From a virus (Duplodnaviria; Caudoviricetes): 62,563 nt of DNA. The position numbers and the translations under genes are program-made. The DNA is taken from the IMG/VR virus record IMGVR_UViG_3300021445_000002; one strand, given 5' to 3'. Below are positions 54,339 through 62,563 of the stretch, piece after piece (the first letter of the stretch is position 1; the number at the start of each line of letters is the position of its first letter). Below the pieces are notes generated by a model, which did no database searches, had not been told where the DNA came from, and was given only the letters and a program-made list of their open reading frames with translations.

Positions 54339-55279
54339 CTCAAAAGCAGCGAACCTACGGGGTACCGGTCCGCCTCCACCGGCTGGTCGTTGTTGATCGT
54401 GTTGGACACCTGCCAGCCGACCCGGAAGGTCAGGCGGATCGCGGTCATGTCCTGCTGCGGCAGGTTGTAGACGATCGCGCCGGTGTTGTCCTGGATGACG
54501 GCCTGGTCGAGCACCTTCATGGTGATGTCCTGCCGGACGCCGACCACGAACTGGTCCCAGTCACCGCCGAACAGCCGCGGGCTGCCCGAGGCGGTCGGCC
54601 ACAGGCCACGCATCGGGTACGCGATAGGCATGCCGTCGAGCGTGTCGACCGCGCCGCTGACCCGGCCAGTGTCCAGCTTGCGGCCCTGCGAGTCACGGGC
54701 GGTGCGCAGCTTGGACTTGGCGCTGGTCGCGGCGACCCAGCCCTTCACGTCGAAGCCGTCCGCCTCGACCGCGCCGTAGACCTGGTCGACGTCGCCGAAG
54801 TAGCCGCCGGCCGTGGCCGCCGAGCCCTCGGTGGTGTCGTTGCCGGCCGCGGTGACCGCGGCGTTGATGTTCGTCGGGAACGAGGCCGGGGCGTTGGTGC
54901 CGAAGAACACCGCCGAGTCGAGGGTGCGTGCCATCGCCTCGGTGAGCAGCGGCATCGCCTCGTCCCAGATGTTCGCGTCCACGTCGGCCAGCACGTTGTC
55001 CGGCACCGGCATGATGGTCGCGATCTCTTCGATGTTCAGGTACTTGTTTGTCCAGTTGACCTCGGTGGTCTGCTTGAGGCCGGTGTCCCCGGTGACCCAG
55101 TACGCGACCGGCAGCGCGGACAGCACGGGGAAGCGCACCTGCGCGCGGCCGACCGGCACCCGGCGGAACATCTGGAGCACGGCGGACTGCTCGGTCGCCT
55201 TGCCCAGCATCTCCTTGGAGACTTCCTCGGGGATAAGGGCGGCAGCGTCGCTGCGGGAGGTCAAGTTGGTGAAAGCCAC
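54335..55279 (-). CDS. major capsid protein (HK97 fold)
   Basis: LIPEE...; A..LD.AVFFG; GDW; G.RQDI; N..QQDM.A.R. Confidence 0.92.
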   Translation of the reverse strand: MAFTNLTSRSDAAALIPEEVSKEMLGKATEQSAVLQMFRRVPVGRAQVRFPVLSALPVAYWVTGDTGLKQTTEVNWTNKYLNIEEIATIMPVPDNVLADVDANIWDEAMPLLTEAMARTLDSAVFFGTNAPASFPTNINAAVTAAGNDTTEGSAATAGGYFGDVDQVYGAVEADGFDVKGWVAATSAKSKLRTARDSQGRKLDTGRVSGAVDTLDGMPIAYPMRGLWPTASGSPRLFGGDWDQFVVGVRQDITMKVLDQAVIQDNTGAIVYNLPQQDMTAIRLTFRVGWQVSNTINNDQPVEADRYPVGSLLLS

Positions 55280-55348
55280 GAGAGAACCCCTTTCGGTTCA
55301 AGGTGATTCGGGCAGCGGTCCCCGCGTGGCGTTACGGGTGCTGCGTGG

Positions 55349-55891
55349 TTAGCGGATGCCGGCGCGTTCGCGTATGTACGCGTTCATGTCCTTGGCCGCG
55401 CCAGCGGTGCGACGGGCGCCACCGTCGAAGTTGGGCGCCTTCTGCGAGCCGCCGAGCTTCTTGATGGCGGCAGTGATGGCCTTGTCGTCGGGTTCGCCGT
55501 CCTCGCCGATGAACTTGCTCAGGTCGGCGTATTCGAGGAAGCCGTCGAGGGCGTCCTTGTCGACCGTGCCGGCCGCGGCGGCGCGCAGTTCGGCGCGGGC
55601 CAGGCGGACCGCGGCGGCCGACATGGCGGCCTTCTTGCCGCGTTCCTCGGCCTCGGCGACCGCCTTCTCCTGTTCGGACATGGACGCCTTGCGCAGGCGC
55701 TCCAGCTCAGCCTTGGCGGTGGCGTTTTCCTTGGAGCGGGTTTCATGCTTGCGGGCCTGGGCCTTCCACTTGGCGGCCTCGGCCTTCCAGTCGGTGCTGT
55801 CGCCCTCGTCGTCGCCGTCCGTGTCGGAGTCGATGGCGTCGTCGAGAAGCTGCTGAGCGTTGGCGTCGTCGTCTTGCTGGTCTTCGGGCAT
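55349..55891 (-). CDS. scaffolding protein
   Basis: W..EA.KWK..ARKHE; MSEQEKAV. Confidence 0.85.
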   Translation of the reverse strand: MPEDQQDDDANAQQLLDDAIDSDTDGDDEGDSTDWKAEAAKWKAQARKHETRSKENATAKAELERLRKASMSEQEKAVAEAEERGKKAAMSAAAVRLARAELRAAAAGTVDKDALDGFLEYADLSKFIGEDGEPDDKAITAAIKKLGGSQKAPNFDGGARRTAGAAKDMNAYIRERAGIR

Positions 55892-55944
55892 GGTTGTTTC
55901 TCTCCCGTGTCGGGTGTGGACACCGCCGTGTCGGCGGTGCGGTG

Positions 55945-56199
55945 TTACTTGAGCGAGCCGTCGCTGGCCCAGTTCTCCGGTAGGAGGTTGGTCAGTCCGA
56001 GCGCCTTGGCGCGGCGGATGATGTAGCGGCGTACCGCGGCGCGGCCGGCGTCGCCGCCCTTGGCGCGGCCCACGGCCTTGATGGCGCGCTGCAAGCTGGC
56101 CTTGTCGGTGATCGGGTATCGACCGCCGCGCTCGCTGTCGGGCATGGCCTGGCCCTTGTCGGCGAGACCCTTGCGCTGCTCCTTGCTGTAGTCAGGCAC
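55945..56199 (-). CDS. small basic capsid-region protein
   Basis: G.AMPD...YPI....L..AI.AVGR...II.RA..LG...LP..W. Confidence 0.7.
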   Translation of the reverse strand: MPDYSKEQRKGLADKGQAMPDSERGGRYPITDKASLQRAIKAVGRAKGGDAGRAAVRRYIIRRAKALGLTNLLPENWASDGSLK

Positions 56200-56569
56200 C
56201 GGTGGCTCCCCGGACAATGAGGTGGACGTGCAGGTGGGCGATGGTGGCGCCGGTGCGCTGCATGTCGCCGCACCGCACACGTAGTTGGAAGTCGTCGATG
56301 CCGTAGAAGCCGCGCGCCAAATCGAGCCCGCACCAGAAGTCGGACCGTTCGGCCGTGGACAGGTCCCGCAGGTCGGTCAGGTGACGCCGCGGCACCAGCA
56401 ACAGGTGCGTGACCGCGTCCGGGTAGGGGTAGCGGTTGGGTGCCACCACCCAGTGCGTGGTGAACAGCCCGGTCCGGATGTCGCACAGCACGCACGCGCC
56501 GGCCGCGTCCAGGCGACGCATCTCGTCGACCTGCTCGGGGTGGCGGGCGTTGGCGAGGCAATACAACAC
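56192..56569 (-). CDS. HIT-family nucleotide hydrolase
   Basis: CVLC, NRYPY, HLLLVPRRH, HLHVHL histidine triad. Confidence 0.88.
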   Translation of the reverse strand: MLYCLANARHPEQVDEMRRLDAAGACVLCDIRTGLFTTHWVVAPNRYPYPDAVTHLLLVPRRHLTDLRDLSTAERSDFWCGLDLARGFYGIDDFQLRVRCGDMQRTGATIAHLHVHLIVRGATGA

Positions 56570-56580
56570 GCCGGCCGCCT

Positions 56581-57546
56581 CTAGGTGATGTACCCGTGCA
56601 GACGTAGCAAGCGCAGCAACTCGGTCCGGTTGTCCCCCGCGATCTGGTAAATGCTCTCAGGGGTCAGTCGGATCACCTTGCGCTTCTTGCCGGCACCGAG
56701 GCGCTGCCCGGCGAGGCTGCGCTTGGTCACGCCTATCTGGGTGGCACGTAGCTGGCGCCCGGCCATCTGTACCCAGCGCATCTGCCGGCGGGCGTTGACC
56801 ACTTGGAAGATGTCGGCGCCGTGCTCGCGGATCGCTGTCGCGCCAGCCTTGGTGAACACGCGGTTCTGTTCGTCCTCGATGAGCGAGTCGAAGTACGCGT
56901 GCGGGTCGGTGGTGTAGTGCCGGCCGTAGTCCTCGGACGCGGGCACGTGGATGCAGTCGCAATTGGGGTGGCGCTTGAACCCGGCGTTGGACTTGTACCA
57001 CTTGCCGGCCAGGATGACGCACCGCGCGCACGAGGGCGGGGTGAGCATCCTGATGTAGCCCTCGGCATGCCGGGCAGCGTTGATGGCGACCCCGACCGGC
57101 ACGCGGGCCGCGTCGGAGATCTGGGTGTCCACGATGCGCTTGAGCCGGGTGCCGGCCTCGGCGAGCGCCACATCGGCCGCCGCGCCCTGGTCGATCGCGT
57201 TCTGCGCCCCGACGGCGGGTACGCGCAGCAGACCATCGAGGTCGTTGCCGTCGGAAGCCGTACCGACGAACGCGGTGGGCGACACCGTGCCGTCGGAGTC
57301 CGGGTCGACACCCTGTACGTCCAGCGCCGCGGTGACGTACTGCTGGGCACCGGATGCGGCGGCGTATTGGGCGGCCCGCATGAGCTTGCCGATCGTGGGC
57401 GCGACGGTCCGGTCCCAGCTCCCGGCCGGGTCGTTGCGGTTGACCCGTCGCCACAGACCGTCGACCAGTCGCCAGGTGTTAGTGGCGGTGACCTGGGTGA
57501 CGTAGCGGCGCTGGGCGGCGAGTGCGGCCAGCTCAGCCGGCAGCAC
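56581..57546 (-). CDS. capsid maturation / MuF-like protein
   Basis: PSC.RC.ILAG; F.RHP.CDC..VP. Confidence 0.8.
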   Translation of the reverse strand: MLPAELAALAAQRRYVTQVTATNTWRLVDGLWRRVNRNDPAGSWDRTVAPTIGKLMRAAQYAAASGAQQYVTAALDVQGVDPDSDGTVSPTAFVGTASDGNDLDGLLRVPAVGAQNAIDQGAAADVALAEAGTRLKRIVDTQISDAARVPVGVAINAARHAEGYIRMLTPPSCARCVILAGKWYKSNAGFKRHPNCDCIHVPASEDYGRHYTTDPHAYFDSLIEDEQNRVFTKAGATAIREHGADIFQVVNARRQMRWVQMAGRQLRATQIGVTKRSLAGQRLGAGKKRKVIRLTPESIYQIAGDNRTELLRLLRLHGYIT

Positions 57547-59026
57547 TGGTCGGGTTCCGGTCCGGGTGGCCCGGTACCGGTGGCAGCGCCGGGCCCGATC
57601 CCGGCGGCGCGCCCGGTGCCGGTTGCAAGCTCGGCCCACCCGGCTGGCCCGGTGGCGTACCGGGCTGAGGCTGCTTGAGGATGGCCGCCAGGTTGGCGGC
57701 GTCCGCCTCGGCCTTCATGTCTTTCCAGCGGGCGATCTCGACCTGGCTGGCGCCCCAGCGCTCCCACAGCGCCTCCTCGGGCACGCCGAGGGTGGACATC
57801 TTGAGCAGCGCGTCGACCAGCTCGCCCTCGGTACGGTGCTCCGGGTTGCGCCAGATCGTCTCGGTGCGCTCGTCCGCGTTGGACAGTCCCGCGGCGGTGC
57901 GCATCAGCCGCACGGCCTCCTCGAAGCCCTCGCCGTAGGTACGCATCCGCTGCCGGACCTTGCTGACCAGACCGGACTCGGCGGCTTGGAGCGTGGCTCC
58001 GTTCACATTATTTAGCTCGCCTAACAAATACTGGGCCGGGGTGCGGGTGCGCGAGGCGATGTCTTTGACATCCTCGCGCTTGGCCGCCGAGTACGGGTCG
58101 AGCGGGGCGGCGTCGAACTGGCCGAACTCAGTCTCGGCCGCATCCGAGGTGACCAGCCGGTTGCGGCCGATGTTGACCCGGTTCGGATTCCCGTCCGCGT
58201 CCGTGTCCGGGAAGCCGATGGCCCACTTCTGCGGGAACGCGCCGAAGTCCTGAGTCATCAGCCGGTCGGCCAGCGTCTTGGCGATCCGGTCCTGGATGGA
58301 GATCACGTCGGCGATCTCGGACACGCCGCCGGTGAGTACCCGCGGGTTATTGGCCAGCTCGACCAGCGGCACCACGCCCAGTGGGTTGGGCGCGGGCCAC
58401 CGTTCGGCGGTCACCTCGCGCGGCACCCAGTTCATGGTGGTCAGACCCTGCACCTGCGGCTTGTCGGTGACGAACTTGTAGAGCCCGTCCGGCAGGTACA
58501 GCGTGGCGTTGACCTTGCCGGTCCAGTCGTCCAGCCACACCTTGAGCCCGGCGGACCGCTCGCGCCGGCCCATGCCGGGCTGGTACTCCACAATGGCCTG
58601 GGCGGGGTGTTCGACGTAGACCAGTGGCGTTTTCGGGTCATCCGGGTTGGGCGCGACCAGCAGGTACGACTGGCCGGCGATCAGCCCCTCCAGGATGGCC
58701 TGATCCGACTCGCTGTCGAGATTGTTGGCCTGCCAGATCCGCCAGGTCTCCTCGTCGGCGTCCCGCTCGTCACCGATGCGGAAGCCCTCGATCTGCATCC
58801 GCTCGGCCGTGGCGTCGACCACCAGACCCATGTAGTTGGAGCGGGTCAGATCCAGCAGCCGGCGGAACTCCTCGCGGGCCTGCTCGGGCAGCCACGGGTA
58901 GCGGGGCGGCACGCCGCGGTAGTACGCGTCGTAGCGCTCCACGTCGTCCAGGCGGGCGGTGAGCTGCTTGTACAGCCGCTTGACCCACCACATCGGGGTG
59001 AGCGGTTCGTCGGTCGGCACGCTCAC
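57533..59026 (-). CDS. portal protein (SPP1 gp6-like)
   Basis: YY.G; N...VVD..ER; WQAN.LD; GAFPQ.W. Confidence 0.92.
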   Translation of the reverse strand: MSVPTDEPLTPMWWVKRLYKQLTARLDDVERYDAYYRGVPPRYPWLPEQAREEFRRLLDLTRSNYMGLVVDATAERMQIEGFRIGDERDADEETWRIWQANNLDSESDQAILEGLIAGQSYLLVAPNPDDPKTPLVYVEHPAQAIVEYQPGMGRRERSAGLKVWLDDWTGKVNATLYLPDGLYKFVTDKPQVQGLTTMNWVPREVTAERWPAPNPLGVVPLVELANNPRVLTGGVSEIADVISIQDRIAKTLADRLMTQDFGAFPQKWAIGFPDTDADGNPNRVNIGRNRLVTSDAAETEFGQFDAAPLDPYSAAKREDVKDIASRTRTPAQYLLGELNNVNGATLQAAESGLVSKVRQRMRTYGEGFEEAVRLMRTAAGLSNADERTETIWRNPEHRTEGELVDALLKMSTLGVPEEALWERWGASQVEIARWKDMKAEADAANLAAILKQPQPGTPPGQPGGPSLQPAPGAPPGSGPALPPVPGHPDRNPTSAAG

Positions 59027-59047
59027 TCCCGTTTCTATCTAGTTGGG

Positions 59048-59076
59048 TTGACTTTCACTGTCTAGTGACCTAGACT
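59048..59076 (+). promoter_or_regulatory. sigma70-type promoter with overlapping palindromic operator for hicAB
   Basis: TTGACT-N17-TAGACT; GTCTAG-TGAC-CTAGAC overlaps the -10 box. Confidence 0.75.
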
Positions 59077-59082
59077 GGAGAT

Positions 59083-59295
59083 ATGAAGCGAAGCGCACTG
59101 CTCCGAAAGATCCGCAAAGCCGCCAACACGGCGGGCGTTGCGTTCGGGGAGGTCCGCGAAGGCGGCGACCACTCGATCTTCCGGTGCGGATCGACTTCGA
59201 TCTCGGTCCCCCGTCACCGGGAGATCAACGAATTCACCGCGCGGGGCATCCTGCGCGACCTAGAAGACGAACTCGGAAAGGGGTGGTGGCGGTGA
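59083..59295 (+). CDS. hicA: HicA-family toxin
   Basis: MKR..L...REGG.H...VPRH.EINE.TA..I. Confidence 0.9.
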   Translation: MKRSALLRKIRKAANTAGVAFGEVREGGDHSIFRCGSTSISVPRHREINEFTARGILRDLEDELGKGWWR

Positions 59296-59663
59296 CCCGC
59301 TACACCGTGACCTGCCAGCGTTCGGGCGGCTGGTGGGCGATCAGTGCACCGAAGATCAAGGGACTCCACTCACAGGCACGCAGGCTCGATCAGGTCGAGG
59401 CGATGGCCCGCGACGCGATCTCGCTCCTGCTCGACGTGCCGGCCGACTCGTTCACCCTCGACGTGCGGCCCGAACTGCCCGACGAGGCCGTCGAAGCGTT
59501 ACGGGCGCGCGAAGAAGCCGAGCAGGCGGAACGGCGGGCCGCAGCCGCCACCAGGTGGGCGATCGAGCAGTTGCGCGCAGCCGGGTTCAGCGTGCGCGAC
59601 ACGGGCTCGTTGTTGCACCTGTCACCGCAGCGGGTGTCGCAGATCGAACACGAGGCGGCGTGA
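59292..59663 (+). CDS. hicB: HicB-family antitoxin
   Basis: WWAI..P...G.HSQARRL..V..MARDAI plus C-terminal HTH LS.QRVSQ. Confidence 0.88.
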   Translation: MTRYTVTCQRSGGWWAISAPKIKGLHSQARRLDQVEAMARDAISLLLDVPADSFTLDVRPELPDEAVEALRAREEAEQAERRAAAATRWAIEQLRAAGFSVRDTGSLLHLSPQRVSQIEHEAA

Positions 59664-59941
59664 TGGCGCGCCGCTGGGAGGAGGTGCGCGCCGAAGCCGG
59701 TCTCGACGAGCAGGCGATCGCCGCGCACCGCACCCGGCTCGACCGGGTACCGACGGAGCACCCCGTGTTCGACGTACTCGCCAAGCCGTGGGCCGGCGGC
59801 TGGGAACTACACATCGACGGCATCGGCGTCACCCAGTCGCACAGCCTCACAGACGCCGAGGCGATGGCGCGCGACTACATCGCCACGGATCTCGACATCG
59901 ACGCCAACTCGTTCGACGTCGAGATCAGGCCGGTTCAGTAA
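59663..59941 (+). CDS. second HicB-like protein lacking an HTH
   Basis: W..GWELHIDG.GVTQS..L..AE.M.RDYI. Confidence 0.7.
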   Translation: MARRWEEVRAEAGLDEQAIAAHRTRLDRVPTEHPVFDVLAKPWAGGWELHIDGIGVTQSHSLTDAEAMARDYIATDLDIDANSFDVEIRPVQ

Positions 59942-61617
59942 CCGGACACCTTGCCGGTGACCCGCGTGTACTTGCTCTGACTGGACTTGCCGCGCACCGT
60001 CCACGCGCCGACCGCGAGCGCGGCGGCGGGTACGGCGTCGATGCGCTTGCCGGTCTCGCCGCGCGCCGGCTTCTCGGGCCGGATCAGTTCGGCGTTCTCG
60101 CGGGATCGGCGCACCTCGACGTTGTCGAAGCACCACTGCGCGACCGGGTTGGCGTGGTGGTGGAAGCGCTGTTCTTTGACCAGCCCCATCAGCGCGGTCA
60201 TGCCCGGCGTCATGTCGGCGAATGTGTTGGAGCGCGGTACGAGCTGCGTCTCCTCGCGCAACCGGGTGCGCTTGGCGATCTCCTGGATGACCGGGAACAT
60301 CGACCATTTGTCGCAGTCGCCGCCGACGATCTTGAACTGCTGGGCGTCGGCCTCGATGTCGTCGTAGACCCGGTCGTAGTCGAGCACTTCGCCGTCGGTC
60401 AGGGTGATGAACCCGGCCTGTACCCATCGCGAGATCTTGCCGTCGTTGTGCTTGTCGAGTTGCGGCACGGCGGCCTCGGGTAGCCAGAACCGCCACAGCA
60501 CGTCGACCGGGGCGTTGTCGTCGCCGGGGAAGATCAGACACCAGGCGGTGAGGTCCATCTTGGCCGCCAGGTCGAACCCGGCCCAGGCGACGCGGCCGGC
60601 GAGCTGCTCGCGGCCCCACTCGGGGCGCAGCCACATGTCGCCGCACGAGTCGAGGTACAGGTGCATCGGCATCCAGCGCGACGCCTGCTGTACCCACTGG
60701 TTGAGCCGGAACTGCCGGAAGCCGTTCTCGGCGGCCGGGTCGTTGCGGGCCTCCAGCGCCTCTTTGCGCATCGCCTCGCGGGACAGGAAGTCATCCAGCG
60801 CAGGGTTGGCGTGCGCCCAGTTCGCCTCGTCGAACGGATCGGCGTCGCGCGGCGTGTTGCGCATGTACGCAAACACGTGCGGCGCCCGCTCGGGGTCCTC
60901 GCTGACCCGCTGCATCTCGGTGTGCATCGCGGCGGCGAACCCAGCCGGGTCATTGCCGGCGGTGGTCGCGGCGACCATCAACGGCTGCCGGCGCGCACCA
61001 GAGCCCATGCCGGTGCGCAGCGCGTCCCACATGGACCGGTCGCGCCAGGCCAGGATCTCGTCGGCGGCGACCCCGGACGGGTTGGAGCCGAGCGCGCCGG
61101 CCGCGTCCGCGGCGATCACCTGGTAGAAGCTGTTGGTCTTCGGGTCGATGATGCGCTTGATGTGCGCGCGGATCTGGAGCCGCTTGGACAGGATCGGCGA
61201 GAGCTGCACCATGCGCATCGCCACGTCGAACGCGAGGCTGGCCTGGTCGCGGTCGCGAGCGCAGCCGTAGATCTCGGCCGACTCTTCTCGGTCGGCGACC
61301 AGCAGATACAGCATGATCCCGGCCAGGATCTCGCTCTTGCCGTTCTTGCGGGCCAGTTCGATCCAGACGATCAGGTACCGGCGCACGTACTCGCCGTGCT
61401 CGGTCGACCAGTACACGGTGCCGAACACCGGCGCGATGATCTCGTCGCGCTGCCAGTCGGCCAGCGTGAACCGCTTGCGGGCGTACTTGCCCTTGGTGTG
61501 AACCAGGATCTCCTGGAAGAACGCCACGGCGTGCGCGGCCCGTGGCCGGCAGAAGTGCTCGCCGGACTCGGCGCAGGTGTCGTCGTCGAGCGTGTAGCCG
61601 CAGACCGGGGGCGTCAT
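59935..61617 (-). CDS. terminase large subunit
   Basis: LADWQ, ARKNGKS, ADE, TTAG, GFDLA, KRID. Confidence 0.95.
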   Translation of the reverse strand: MTPPVCGYTLDDDTCAESGEHFCRPRAAHAVAFFQEILVHTKGKYARKRFTLADWQRDEIIAPVFGTVYWSTEHGEYVRRYLIVWIELARKNGKSEILAGIMLYLLVADREESAEIYGCARDRDQASLAFDVAMRMVQLSPILSKRLQIRAHIKRIIDPKTNSFYQVIAADAAGALGSNPSGVAADEILAWRDRSMWDALRTGMGSGARRQPLMVAATTAGNDPAGFAAAMHTEMQRVSEDPERAPHVFAYMRNTPRDADPFDEANWAHANPALDDFLSREAMRKEALEARNDPAAENGFRQFRLNQWVQQASRWMPMHLYLDSCGDMWLRPEWGREQLAGRVAWAGFDLAAKMDLTAWCLIFPGDDNAPVDVLWRFWLPEAAVPQLDKHNDGKISRWVQAGFITLTDGEVLDYDRVYDDIEADAQQFKIVGGDCDKWSMFPVIQEIAKRTRLREETQLVPRSNTFADMTPGMTALMGLVKEQRFHHHANPVAQWCFDNVEVRRSRENAELIRPEKPARGETGKRIDAVPAAALAVGAWTVRGKSSQSKYTRVTGKVSGY

Positions 61618-61633
61618 GTCGACCTCCGGGGCG

Positions 61634-61861
61634 TCACTCGGACAGCAGCTCGACCGGGCCGAACACGAACAGCCGCACGGTCACGAAGCAGCCGGCGTCC
61701 GGGTCGCCGTCGCGCGCCGGCTCGACCGACACCACGCCGTCCTTGGTGTAGTACGGGAACAGCTCGAAGTCGACCGCGCCGCGAGGCTTGACGTGTATCT
61801 GCCGGCCGCGCTCGCCCCGGACGACCTTCAGCGCCTCGATCCAGCGGTACTCGCTGAGCAC
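61634..61861 (-). CDS. hypothetical protein
   Basis: ORF between terS and terL. Confidence 0.55.
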   Translation of the reverse strand: MLSEYRWIEALKVVRGERGRQIHVKPRGAVDFELFPYYTKDGVVSVEPARDGDPDAGCFVTVRLFVFGPVELLSE

Positions 61862-61863
61862 GG

Positions 61864-62325
61864 TCAGCCCGTCAACAGCCGCGACGCACCCTGCTCGACA
61901 GGCTTGTTCGCCTCGCCGACGCGGATGCCCGAGCGGCCCGACGGGGTGAACCCGAACTCGTGGGCCAGGTGCCGGATGGTCGTGGCGGCGGCGAGCTGGA
62001 TGGACACCGCAGGGTGGCGGATCGTGCCGCCGCGCTCGCCGCGCGCCGTGATGCCCTCGCGGGCGATGATCCGGCTCGCCTCGCGATGGGTGGCCACGGC
62101 CTCGCAGTAGCAGAGCAGCGCGTCCCGATCCAGGGGCTTCTCGATGCCCATCGCCTTGGCGTGATGGACGGTGTACTCCCAGATCTCGCGAACCTCGTCG
62201 GCCACGTCGGGCGGACAGATCAGGTCACCGTCGCGGGCCTTCGGCTCATTGACGTTGATGCGATCCTTGCGATCCCCGTTGAGGATTCGCAGGTGGGTCG
62301 GCATGGGGATCGGGCCTTTTGCCAT
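61864..62325 (-). CDS. terminase small subunit (P27 family)
   Basis: GP.P.PT.L..L.G; YC; HPAV; EFG.TPS.R. Confidence 0.92.
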   Translation of the reverse strand: MAKGPIPMPTHLRILNGDRKDRINVNEPKARDGDLICPPDVADEVREIWEYTVHHAKAMGIEKPLDRDALLCYCEAVATHREASRIIAREGITARGERGGTIRHPAVSIQLAAATTIRHLAHEFGFTPSGRSGIRVGEANKPVEQGASRLLTG

Positions 62326-62563
62326 TTAGGTCAGCCCTCCCTTTTCTAATTGCAATTGATGACTTCCAATTCGTGTGCGCATTCATGCGTGCGGTCCCAG
62401 CGCGAGACATCGACGCACATCGCCGGCACGCTGCGCCGGGCGTGTTTGTCCGGTTTAGGACCCTATGGGCCATCTGGGGCTGCTGCCGGATTCGGAACCG
62501 GACAAACGGCGCAGACGGGCACAATGGGTTGGGCCCAGGTACTTGTCGGCACCCAAATTCACC

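Overview
The whole window reads as one near-complete temperate siphovirus-type genome from a high-GC actinomycete; no host genes were seen. The host is probably a sporulating Micromonosporaceae/Streptomyces-like organism, inferred from the high GC content and a BldC homologue. The minus strand from 62.3 kb to 31.6 kb carries terminase, portal, capsid, neck, tail and lysis genes. The minus strand from 15.0 kb to 0.4 kb carries excisionase-like, recombination and replication genes (Cas4-like exonuclease, SSB, PolA, primase-helicase, resolvase), a BldC homologue, tRNA-CAT and a packaging-type HNH. The middle (16-31 kb) holds a Xer-type tyrosine recombinase and many small accessory genes. The standout observation is at 28.1-30.6 kb: six full and 2-3 half copies of a 26-29 bp site that closely resembles actinobacterial dif (XerC/XerD) sites. 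All are in the same orientation and most sit exactly between a stop codon and the next RBS, dividing small genes into 260-520 bp modules. This is a candidate Xer-driven gene-cassette array in a phage. All calls come from reading motifs by eye, with no database searches; several starts were moved from the ORF track to RBS/overlap-supported codons.
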